From Klebsormidium nitens (taxonomy: Eukaryota > Plantae > Klebsormidiophyceae): a DNA stretch of 34,607 nucleotides. The notes beneath the pieces are model-generated. The model was given only the letters and a program-made list of their open reading frames with translations, made no database searches and was not told where the DNA came from. Of this stretch, positions 21,901 to 33,276 are shown one piece after another. Positions within the stretch are counted from its first letter, which is position 1, and each line of letters begins with the position of its first letter. The translations under genes were made by a program, and so were the position numbers. Where the stretch lies: positions 1-34,607 of the forward strand of contig DF237719.1 of assembly GCA_000708835.1 (NCBI GenBank). The letters run 5' to 3'.

Positions 21901-24900
21901 CTACAACTAGAGCTGGTGAACGCGGAAACGCTTCTGCGGGAGAAGCGCGAGCGGCTGGAAGCAGAACGGGCGAGGACTACGCAGGCGGAGGAGACGGTGG
22001 CAGCTCTCAAGACAAAGGTAGGTGCAAGTTGGGGCTGTAGTTTTAGATGCCAAACAAGGGACGTCCTTCTCATACAAGAAGTGACCGGAGATTGGCAGTT
22101 TGACCTTTGGTTTGTCCTTACAGAAGCATGCACTTGAGAGCCAGATTGCGGAGCAGAAGAACCAGAAGCGGCTCGAGAGGCAGGAGAGCAGGTCTCACTA
22201 TCGGGAGTGGTGTGGCGCCGATTGTGATCAGAACTTAGATCTGAGTCTTATAGTCGTTTTATGCTCGCAGAATACCTCTCAGCAATTGCCGTCCCCTTTT
22301 TTCCCTCAGTTGAGGTCTCATTCTAATCATGCCTTGCACCATTTTGCAGTACCTCGCGCAGTATCTGCGCAATGCTTAGGCACAACTCCCTATTCTTCGC
22401 GAGGTCAGCAGTTCGTTCTGGTCTCCCCTCCGTGCAGATGCAAGCGAGCACATCCGCCCTGAATGAGGTTAAGCCGACGGTTTACCCCCGACCGTTGAGC
22501 AAACCCGAATCAAAAACCGAGCCCCAACCGGCACCCGTTCCTTGGGCCCCTCTCGCCGTCCAAGTCCCCACCCTCTCTCCAACTTCCCCCTCCCCTGCCG
22601 ACGCGTCAACCAACCAGGCCGCGCCACGTGGCCCTATGAGCGGCACTCCGTTCTCCGCATTTGACGGGGAAGACCTCTTCAAACTAGAGGCGGAACTAGG
22701 GGAGGGCAGCTGCCGCCAGATGCTGGCGGAGGACCAGAGCCCCGGTTCGATGGGGTTCGTTTGGCCCGCGATCTCCCCCCCCGTCACGAGACTGCCTACC
22801 CTGGCCGTGAAGAAAGGTGCGCAGCCAGATGGAGGACACGTGGCGCCGATCCCAGCGCAGGCGCCTAATGAGGGAGAAGAAAATGAGCGCGAGGTGATAG
22901 TCGAGGTGAAGGCGCCTGCGAACAGCACGCCCAAGCAGACGGGGACACCGAAGGGGGGCATTTTGTCGCCCAAACGGCCCCCCCCGCCGCCGCCGACGAA
23001 GGTCCCCACTGCAGCCCCGGCCGACGCGGTCCCCGCAGCCGCGGCCGCAGCCCCCGCCCTCCAAAACCCTCAAACCTCCCCCAGCAAGATGCGAAACAAG
23101 GCCGAGAGCGTGACGCTGGATTGGGCGAACGGCGAAGACTCGTGGCTGCACTTCGACGATTCGCCGCCGCTCGCTGGCCTTCCCGGCGGAAGCCCGCTCT
23201 TGCCCGACGTCGTCGTTGCTGAGGTCAGCATCCCGTCCGCTGACGTCAACCCGGTTCCGCTCAGCGCCGCGTACCTTTCCGCGAAGGTCCACCCGGAGCC
23301 GGAAGGCGGACCGCTTTCCCCTGACAGCCTCGCGGCGCCTTCCCCGAGCGTCAGATCGTTCCTTGGGGAACTCGCCAGTAGCGAGCGGGGACTGGTCACC
23401 GGGCAGAGCTTCTCGGCGACTGAGGGCCCTCAAAAACCCGCCTTTGCGTCGCTCGCAACATCATTATCCCCCTCAGTCCAGTCCTTCCTCAACGTCTCCA
23501 CTTTCCCCGCCGGCCCGCCGACCAGTCTACCGTCCGCCATTCCAGCAGCACTTGGCGGCCAGAACTTCCCCGTTGTGGGGGGGCAAAACTCGCCGTCTGC
23601 TCCGGGCTCCCCCGCGCAGTTCAAGACCCCCCTGCGGAAACCGCCGCCTCCTCCGTCCGGCCTGAAAAAGACGGGGGGGGCCGAAACCCCAAACCCCGCG
23701 ACCCCAAACCCCGCGACCCCGAATACCGCGGTGCAAGATGCGCCTCCGGGGCAACTAGTCTGGGCGGAGTTTGGCGACGCGGAACAGCAGAAAGCCCCCG
23801 CTTCTGCTGCCCCGACCGCAATATCTTCCGACGGCACACCGTCAACGGGGTTCGCAAAGTTAGGGGAGCCGTTAAGCCCGTCTTCGGACCTTTTCATGAA
23901 AGTGGGGGGCTTGGGCGCACCCGCAAAGCTCCCCTCCGAATGGACAGCCCTGCGTCCGAATCCGGTGTACGAGCCGAACGGGGGCGTCCGAAGGCGGCGC
24001 TCCTCGGACGGCGACCTCGTCCAGGAAAAGAAACCGCCCCTGGTCGCCGAGCCCGAGCCGAAACTGCCCGCTTCAGAACCAACAGCCGCCCCAGCGCTTG
24101 CACACGCTCCCGCCGCTGCATCACAGACTGTGACGTCACAAAGCGTGACGTCACCAGGTGTGACGTCGCAGCCGACGTCACCCGACTCGAGCCGCATGAA
24201 CTTGCTGGAGGACGACTGGTTTCTGGCGAGTGGCCAAACGCCCACCAGTCCCTCCGCGGTTGCTCAAAATGCGGTCGGGGATGCCAACCGGGGTTCCGCT
24301 TCCGCTGGGCTCCGGCCACTCACTGAAGCGGACCGGAAGAAGTGCACGGCGGCTTTCGAGAAGATTGCGCGTCCGGGCAGGGAATTTGTCTCCCGGACGG
24401 AGGCTGAGGGGATATGCAGCCGGGCAAACATTCCGGGGCAGCCCTTTGAGAGACTCTGGTGAGTCAGCAGTGCGAACTGTGACAGACCGACTGTGAAGAA
24501 TATGTTTCTTTCGTATTGCTGAGGTGACTTCGGTTTTAGACTTTGCAAGGGTCTTACGAGTAAGTTGTGATCATGAATGCATGAACAATCGCGTAGAAAA
24601 TACAAGCCTGAAGCCTGCACATGCGTCAACGTATTGAAAGTTTTGATGCATATGTCGTGATAAGCTACGTCATTCCTCCATTCCGGATATTTCAATGTCG
24701 TCGGATGCAAATGCGCACTTGCCCCAAGCAAGCAGTACAGTTCCCGCACAAGTGCTTCCAACGTCTTACCAAAGCTATCTGCCGGACCTGAAAATTGACA
24801 AGGGTGACTTCAAACAAGTCTTTTGAATTCGATTGCAGGGCTCTGAGCGACCGGGCCGAGGACGGGGTCCTCGGCAAGGATGAGTTTTGCATCTTCCTCC

Positions 24901-27900
24901 TCCTCATGAAAGCGGCCGCCGCTCGGGAGCAGCTGCCCGGGGGGCTGTCCACCGGCGACGTCTCCCGCCTGCTCGGGCACGAGTTCGTCGCCGAGAAGAT
25001 CACCCGGAGCTTCATTCCGACCCCGGCAAAATCTTCACACGGGAGAACGCCGACCGCGGAAAGGGGGGGGTCTCCTGGCACAGATTCGGGCCCCCGGAAC
25101 GTCGTTCTGGGCGCCGATTTGGAAGTCCCCCCTGCGCTTTACAGCTCGCCCCCCCAGTTGGATTCTCCCACCGCTAGGGGTGATCTAAGCCCGGGGAAAA
25201 CGCCAGGACCCGGGGGAGAGGCCTGGGAGGATTACCTGGCGAAGCGGGTCGGTTCTGCGGAAGACAAACCCTCTCTAGCTAACGCTAACCCGACAGAGGG
25301 TTCGTTCGGCGACCAGTCCCCAAGCGTGTCCCGCATCCCGTCGCCCTCAAAGCGGAGCAGCCTTCCCGAGACTGGGGGGATCACCCCTGTTCAAGGCGGA
25401 AGCCCTCTGGTCCAAACCGTGCGCCCGCCGAGCGTCGTCGCCCGCCCGCTTTCCTCCCAGTCGTTCCGCTCCGCTTCCTTACGGATACGAGTTGGACCGG
25501 AAGACGAAGACCGCGAATCCGGTCGTTTTGTAGGGGAGCGCGTGCGCCGATTTAGCAGCCAGGAGGGGGGGATAGCGTATCTGGTGGGCATGGGTTTCGG
25601 CCCGAAGGCGGCCGCGGCCGCGACCGCGAGGTTTGGGAGCGATCTCCAAGCCGCCGTCGCGTGGCTGCTCGAGCAACCGGGCCGGGGGGTCGACCCGGCC
25701 GACGTGCTCGCGAGCGCGGACCGCGATCTGTTTCCGCTCACACCCCCTCCGGCGGAAAAGACAACCGCCCGGAACCTGTTGAACACCGAGCCGATCGCGA
25801 GCGACAGCCCGCCCGCGGGCCGCGGACTTGACAGTGCGCGCGCGAGGCGCCACGTGGCGGGCGGGGAGAGCAAGATCCCGAGCCCCCCCCGGAGAGACGG
25901 CAACAGTCCGAACGGTTCGCCGGTGAAAAAACCTACGGTTGTCAGTCCGAGCATGTTAAAACCGCCCGTAGAAAGCATGACGCCTCCATCCGAATCCAGT
26001 CTTAGAACGCCGGAAAGCCCCGAGAAGAAGTTCGAGCGGAATCCGTCGATCCTGGACCGGATCGGGGCGGCGGAATCGGACGGTTCGGACGAGGAAGAAG
26101 AGGTGGTGGTTGGGACGGAAGTCGAACGTCCGCAGAGCGCCCGGCCGCCCGGGTCGCCGCTGAGCCAGATGATTGGCAGTCTGTGGGGGGCAGGCAAGAC
26201 CGCGCCCGGGACCCCCACGGGGCAGACAAAGATCGAAAAGGGCCTCGTCGCACACAACGTGGAAAAGTGAGCGGGCGAACATCTTTTTCTTCTTCTGAAT
26301 CCTGTTTTTCCCTTGTTGTAGGTCAAGAAACGATGAGCACCAGCAACCTATTGAAAGGTATTCCGCCACGTTTCTGGAGGGAACGGCAAGGCGCCTGACG
26401 CGATCCTTGCCTGCTAATTAGCGGCGACTTCTTTCCATTAAAATTCGAATGCACGACTCCATTAAGAATCTAGCCAATTGGCTCCTTCCATACTGACAAG
26501 TTTTGTTCAGATGCCGGACACCGATTATCAGCAAATTACGCAGGAAGTGGTCAGGCGCAAAACCTAATCCTTTTGGAGATGACATTGAACTCTCTAGTGA
26601 GTTGTTACGGAGGGTCTCCCACCTCCTTGCTGCGGCCGGGGTTGAACGGAAAGAAGAAAGATCAACATCTTTCTCCAACATCTTTGTCATCACTCTCCGC
26701 CCTCGTCCCGCAGGTTCGAGAAGGGGGCCGCGGCCAACTGCGGTCCGCGCTTCGTAACGCAGCTGCCGGTACAGCTGCTGATTGAAGAAGTGGCGCTTGA
26801 GGACGCCGACGACCTCCGGGACCCCTTTATCACCGTTGCCGTCTATGGTGAGCCGTCCGCAACCGTCCGATTTGCCTTAAGGACGTCCGCAACCGTCCAG
26901 TTGCCCGCAACCGGCTGCCCATCCAATATAGCCGTCGGCTAGCTTTCCACATGAAAACAAGGCGCCCACACCCCTGAATCAGACTTCAAAATCATTGCAA
27001 CCATCCAGTTTTGATTCCAGGTGTAGTTGAAAACTTAAAAGGCCTTTTTCAGAGGGTATTTTCGTCCCCAGGCATTCCGTATCTTTCCGGGTCTTGCAGA
27101 CAGTGTTCCTTTCTTCCAGCTTTTCTTTAGCTCAAAACAGGAACACGCGTGTCTGCATGAGAAGCTCAAGCCTCCATATAACGGTTTGCGTCTGGGGTGG
27201 CAACCAGCTTCAGCGCACCTCATGCTGACGTCCCTGCCGTGCAGACGAGTCGGGCGCCTTGATAGAGCCCGCGCAGAATACCAGCATCGTGTCAAACGCC
27301 GATGAGCGGGGCATCGTCTTTGGGACGCGTGTTGACATCCTGGGGAAAATCCCGGCAGTGCCGCCGTCAGGTGAAAATAGCCCCCCGAACATTTTTCATG
27401 CAACGTAGAACATCTTCAGAGTCTGGTGAAGGTTGGAACTTGCTGAATTTTTTCTTTCTCCTATCTCATGTTCAAGGATATTGCACTTCTCCCTAGCTCT
27501 GCTTGCTGATCCACGTTGTTTGGAGGGAGCCTTTCCACTATTAGGAGGTTTGCAGATGAGTTCTCAAGCTTGATGACAGACCTGAAACGGAAGCAGAAAC
27601 GACTGAAATCAGTATCCGACAATCCGACCATAGAAGACGAACCGAATCCGGTGAAATCGACCGTTGATCATGCCTTACCTTCCAATTTGGAAGAACTTTC
27701 CTACGCTCTTTGGGTGGTATTTTGCCTTCGGTCGGCTTCTCAAAAATATATCAGGTCGTCTGTATTCATTGGGAACTATTACGGTACGCAGGAACGAAAG
27801 TGTGCTTCGAGGTGCGGCACTTCAAGCGGGGCGAGACGAGCAAAGCCAGCACCAAGTGCTGGACCGCCATTAACCTGGAGGAGATGGCGACCGGGCCCCA

Positions 27901-28245
27901 CACGCTCGTGCTGTAAGCGTCGCCTGACTGACTTCCCGGTTCAAGCCGGAAGTTCGGGCTTTTCTGCAATCTGCTGTTGTGAGATGATTAGGAACGTTAC
28001 GTGCAATATTATTGCTGGTTCGCGAGGAGGGATGGAGTCAGTGCAACTCATGAAGAAAACGGCGAGAGGTGAAAAACTGTAAAGGGAGAAGGTTCTAAAG
28101 CCCCAAGTGCCATGTCGCACCGGTTTCTGATCTTCTGTGCTTTTCGTGCAGGTTCAAGAAGCCCGTCGACCTCAAGGCAAAGCGGGCAAAGCTCCTGAAC
28201 GGCAAGCGGGACGTCCTCAAAATCAACGTAGACTTCCAAGAATGA
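18982..28245 (+). CDS. Eps15-homology (EH) scaffold with coiled coil, second EH domain, UBA and C-terminal AIDA-type C2 domain, 11 exons, ~1933 aa
   Basis: Exons are 18982-19147, 19777-21128, 21850-22017, 22124-22191, 22350-24458, 24839-26266, 26322-26357, 26714-26847, 27245-27370, 27792-27912 and 28152-28245 (5802 nt, phases consistent). EH1 is ERRKYEQHFHQLDADRDGFVQAPEGKHLLARSKIPARIIDEIWAFC..REFTCAMHL. EH2 is DRKKCTAAFEKI..FERLWALSDRAEDGVLGKDEFCIFLLLM. The UBA is IAYLVGMGFGPKAAAAATARFGSDLQAAVAWLLE. The C2-Aida is LLIEEVALEDADDLRDPFITVAVY..FEVRHFK..STKCW..LFKKPVDLK. The exon 4 donor (GTCTCA) is weak. Confidence 0.85.
23686..23730 (+). repeat. Exonic 15-bp tandem repeat x3 encoding TPNPA
   Basis: ACCCCAAACCCCGCG twice, then ACCCCGAATACCGCG. 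Confidence 0.85.
24130..24180 (+). repeat. Exonic 15-bp-period repeat encoding VTS(Q/P), each unit containing GACGTC
   Basis: GTGACGTCAC at 24130 and 24145, GTGACGTC at 24160, and GACGTCA at 24174. Confidence 0.8.
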
Positions 28246-28700
28246 GTCACGTCCGATTTCGTCATCGTGGTCCGTCATCATTTAAATCAGAACACATGCT
28301 TCTTTCTGATCGGCGGTTGGATAGGCTTGTTCTTCACTGGAACAACCCCAGGTGTTGTAGCAGAGGACTGTTATGAACATATCTGAATAATGTGGCACCT
28401 GTGAGGTGTTGGCTGGATCGCACTCGTGAACCCCACATTTTAATCACTTCTGCAGAAAGCACATCCACTGCCCAGCATGCTTAACTTGGACCTGGTACGA
28501 ACGTCCCGATCCCTTGATTGCCCAAGAGCAAGAAATTTTGCCATGTCCGTGCCTGGGCGTACGGTCGGATGCAGCGACAACAATTTTGGCATGCAAAAGA
28601 ATCGTGTGTAAAGTATAGCGGATCGATTAGATTGTGAGCCGGCTCGAAGCCCTTGGAAGTCGACAATACCCAATTAAGATGGTTGTTCAAAGCTTTGCAC

Positions 28701-28740
28701 GAATCTCATGGAAAAGCTATATATAGCTTTTCCAAGATTC
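28701..28740. repeat. Inverted repeat with a perfect 26-bp palindromic core
   Basis: TGGAAAAGCTATATATAGCTTTTCCA at 28709-28734, extended by GAATCT/AGATTC arms across a 2-nt bulge. Confidence 0.9.
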
Positions 28741-29649
28741 CTATAGGTAGCCATCCGCAGCTGCGCGCGCGGTGCAGCATATAACCACTAAGCTACATGT
28801 GGCGGACGACCTTGGCTCGCGTACAAACACTGGGTGTACAGCTAGGCTTACGTTGCATATGCAACAGGGAGAATCAAGCTTGATACTGCAAGGCAACCAG
28901 CACTCCAATAGTTGCATTATATGTGATTGTATCGTGTTTAACTGCACATGCACTGATTTGCAGAATTGATCTATAATCTATTTGATGCTAGCTAGCACGT
29001 AGCCGACGGCCCCCCTAATTTGTCGATTGCTCCAGCAAATGTACGTCTACATAAGCAACCATGCTCCAATTGGGTAAAGAGACATTGTTTCAATTGTATG
29101 CAGTGGTCGTGCGGAAATTGTTGTGCAACACTGCTATCTCGACAAGCAGCCGCGCCTATATATGAAATGATAAGTGAGCTGATAGGCGCGTAAAATTGCT
29201 ATGCACTAAGTGACTTGTATAGGAACGGCACGGTTGGCCTCAAAACAGAGCTCTCAAACGCTTGTGGAGGACAACAAGAAACGTCCCCATTGCATTCCGA
29301 GATTGTGAAGTCCATTGACATGAATCTGCTTGTATCTCACACTGTCGAAGAATAAGTATCTACAGCTGGCACTGCACCTACAATTTTGCCAAATGTATGG
29401 CTCTTGCCCTCCCTTGGGCTCAAATGGCAGGCAACTTGACCGTCGGTGTCTCGCACACACTGCTGCTACCTGGCAACACAGTCTGCGCGCTAGAGCTTTC
29501 GAAAGACGAGCTTGAGTATGCACAAAGACCTCTCACCTAAGCTTCATATCACTCTGCCTAACTGATGGCGGTCCTCAGATAGACAACTAACTTCCGTGAT
29601 CTCAGTCAGACACATATGGACAATCTAAGACTACGCACTCAGCCCGGTG

Positions 29650-30712
29650 TCAGCTCAGCTTTAACCGCTTTGGCTCCGGCTTGTTGGCTTCCGTTAGTAC
29701 AGTAACCAGGTTTGTGACTGTCTCCTTCAAGCGAAGGTTCTCTTCTTCGATCTCCGTTAACCTTGCGTTTGTGGCAAGCAACCTAACAGCCTCAGACTCC
29801 AGCCTCGCAATCTTCCGCTTCAGAGCCGTCTCTTCTTCCTGCACCCATCCAGATAATGGTTAATCCAATGTCCAATACGCACATGGTAGAGGAGACATAC
29901 AGTATTTCGGCTTCAGCGAAATTACTATCCCCTAATCGGTGATATCCGGGACAAACAACAGACCTAGATTGCTGCCAACTGGTTCTTTCGAGCCTCATGA
30001 GGGTGCAGATTGACAGGTGTCTCCACAATTTCTGGACTGATACCGCACCGTTCAAAGAGCAGCGCACCTCGACCAGGAATGTGTACCACAATTCAGTGAA
30101 GCAGGCACTGCCTGGATATGCAACAGTCCTCTATCGTTGAACAAAGATGAAAGCAGCACCAATGAGAATGCACTTTTGCGAAGCTTGCTCGAGCAACCCG
30201 ATCATAACAATTTCTCATCGACCCTGACCGGTGGCGATGGAAACCTTTGCCTTGCTGCTCCCGAGTGTGACTGATCAGTGCACAGATGCTCGAATACTCT
30301 TCGGAGATGAACCCAAAAATGGCCGTCAACTCCTGGCACTCACCTTCATGCGCACTTTCATCACAAGCATCCGTTCCCGAAAGCTCCGCTTGACATTGAC
30401 CAGCTCGTTCTTATAGTACAGGTCCTGCGCCCAGGCTTCTGAGCGGTGACATTCTTTGCGTGTCCCCTCGCATCCGTTGTCAGGAAACCCAACCCTCGCT
30501 TCCACCGGCAAAGGCTCAGGAGAGACGCTCTCCCGTGCTGCTCCAGACATGATAAAGGTGTTTCCGCTGCTGGTGCTGGTCCCGCCCGACAAAAGGCTGC
30601 CTGATGACTCGGTGGACTCGACCGGAGACCCTTCCCTGGAGCAGAAACGGAGAGAGTCGGCGCCAATTGCGGCTGGCTCAGTGCCTGGAAAAGAAAGGCC
30701 TTCTGCTGCCAT
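29650..30712 (-). CDS. Hypothetical coiled-coil protein, 2 exons, ~185 aa
   Basis: Exons are 30712-30344 (donor AAG|GTGAGT) and 29838-29650 (acceptor TGCAG), phase 0. The joined product ends DLYYKNELVNVKRSFRERMLVMKVRMK|EEETALKRKIARLESEAVRLLATNARLTEIEEENLRLKETVTNLVTVLTEANKPEPKRLKLS*, which is heptad-like with a basic NLS-like tail. The N-terminus is Ser-rich and of uncertain extent. Confidence 0.6.
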
Positions 30713-33039
30713 GGCTAAGGAGCGTCCAGCATAACATTAGAGACCGTACATCGAGCGCTGTTTGGAGATGTGGGCGGCTACGGAAGTCGGATCAAGTGGG
30801 GTTAAAGGTATGTACAGGAAGATGGGAGCACTTGATTGATCCTCAGCTCCTCCTCAGCGTATAAATAGCAGCCTTCTACCTAAAGCTAGAGCTACCTTTG
30901 GACCGCCTTGAAGGTGGCGCCTCCTACCCTAAAACTCCTCGTTCCTACTCTGCATTTCGCGACTCACGAGTTCGTTCCCGTGCTGATCTGCATGCTGTGG
31001 TGCACGAACTGGGTAAATCCAAGGATTCATGCCGGTCCCGGTCACGGTCCGGGTCAGTGCAGCGGAAGGAGACGGTTCCGATCCGTTGCGGTGACGGGGT
31101 TCACCATCTGATCAATGGCATTATTTTTACGGCCCAGATTGCGCGCGCGTGCCGAACGGCATATCAACGGCGTCAATAGCAACCGGCACGTCTCTCCGGA
31201 GGCAAGAACCGTCAATGTGCCGGTAAGTTGGACCATGTACCGCAGAGGAATTCTGGGCCGAGACCCCCTGCTGGATGTCGAGCGCGGCGGAAGTGAATCG
31301 GTCCGGGTGCCGAGAGTGTCGATTTAGGGCCCGGGGCGGTCGAGGGGGTTAACAATCCGACCCAACTCACGACCAGAACCCACCGGACGGGACCGTAAAC
31401 CTAGTGTCCGGGGATATTTCACGAGTAGACTGGGAAAAGGGCCCGGAATGACCAAAGCGTCTATTTAAGGAGAAGTCGCCCGGCCGCTGTGAAATAACCT
31501 CCACTAACTAGCAAGTAGCCCGGCCATCCATCTGGATCCTTGACATCTTGAAGAAGAGATGCAACCAACCCCGGGTTTCAGTGTGGCCCGACCAAACATT
31601 TCGACTCATAGCTTGCACCCGGCCAGTCAAAGGGAGATCAACTGTGGCAACATTATTGTGGATCCACGAGTCTACGGGACCATTCCCGCTAACTCACTGG
31701 CTACCAAGTGCCCGCTTTGCAAACAAACACTTCTGACGAAAGATTACCAACTCACATTCCGGAAAAGCCAAGCACTGAAGGGCTTTGCAATCAACTCACC
31801 CGAATCAGTTGTGGCAAGGGTCAGAGAAAGCGCCAGCCTCTATGTTTGGAGTGCGTAAAGCGGCATTTCGGTCCTGTCACCCAGTGTGGTGACAAACTGA
31901 CAATCAGCGTAGCAAGGACCAACCGGGGCTCGGCGGGTTCAGATGAGGTCTGGTTTCAGCGCAAGTCACTAGGGGAGGAATGGCGCCAACTGAAGGAGTT
32001 GTCGGGCGAAGAGATTGGCAACCTGCGAGAGAAGGCGGAGGAAGAACGGCCGGGCGGGCGCCGCAAGACAATTGCAGCGCAAGCAGCGGTGAACAGGGGG
32101 CGAAAAGTGGGGGAGACAGCAAGATCCAGCACGCAAGAAGAGGTAAACAGGAATGCAGAATTTCAAACCCTAATAGCCTCTGCATCTGTTTGTGAATATT
32201 TGATTGAGCACTCTGCATATGCTTTTTTTCAGCCTAGAAATTGTTGCATGTTTGATCCAAGTGTGCACAACAAGAAAACACATACGGTAACAGAAGAAGA
32301 GTCAAAGATCTTATCTTGATGGATAATACCGCAGCTAGGAGCATTTTGGAGCGTTTGCCTCCCACCATTTGCGGCATATCTGACTATGTTCCTATTGTGG
32401 ACGCAGGGACAACTTCACACATGGAACGGCAAAGCGTCTGGCGCAGATGATCGCCGAACCGTCGTCGACCAAGCTGTGATGTATCTCGATGGCCTTCGAA
32501 GAGGAGAGAGCGCTTTTTACAGCGTCGGCAAGCAGGGATCCACTAGTACGGTCTATCTAGCTAGTACTTGGAATCACAACGCCGCCAGACCCAAACCTCT
32601 CGGGCGCCCAAGCAAAGTGCGCGCGTTGCTTGAGAAGGTGCACCGGGACACCATGGGAAACCTGAGTTGCACCTGCGACCGGGGCCGGTTGTACTCGCAG
32701 GCGCCCTGCGTGCACAAACTTACGCTACAGGCGTTGGAGTCGCCGAGGCTAGCTAGCGCCATATTGCTGCAAAAGGGGCCACGGGTGGTAGAAATTCCAT
32801 GCGACATGGTCAGGGAGCGGGTTTTCGGGGTGTACTGGAATGCTGGTTCGCCCTCACCTCAGAGGACGATGGTCCACTATGGAGAGGAGGCGCAGATGGG
32901 CTGGTATTGCGAGGGGCGGAAGAGCGGCGGATGCAGCAAGACGGCTGACTGTTCGCACATTCAGGGGGTGAAGCGAGCTTTGAGCGGACCAAGCGGTGTG
33001 GAAAAGCTCAGCACGAGTTCGTTTTCGGAGGAGCAGCTC

Positions 33040-33100
33040 NNNNNNNNNNNNNNNNNNNNNNNNNNNNNNNNNNNNNNNNNNNNNNNNNNNNNNNNNNNNA
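33040..33100. other. Assembly gap (61 N)
   Basis: Run of N. Confidence 1.
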
Positions 33101-33276
33101 ATCATCCTGAACGATGGCAAAGGCTTTGTAAGAGCCGATCCATCCGGGACATTAAATCGACTGGTTAGACAGCCCACAGAGCGTCGTTTAAGACGTAACC
33201 CCTGTCGTTTCGTTAACCTGACCGTTAACGAGAACCTGACGAGAACTAGACCGGGATCGGTCAGCTGTAATCGTCA

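Noticed and set aside
22482-26326. Long minus-strand ORFs (for example 23430-24245 and 25391-26326)
   Set aside because: These are antisense shadows of GC-rich coding exons of the EH gene, with no domain signal of their own.
28701-28760. Helitron 3' end suggested by the hairpin
   Set aside because: There is no CTRR terminus at the expected distance on either strand, and the hairpin is AT-rich rather than GC-rich.
32386-33039. Mutator/MULE transposase suggested by the SWIM finger
   Set aside because: No DDE core precedes the SWIM finger, and the additional Cys clusters follow it, which is not the MULE domain order.
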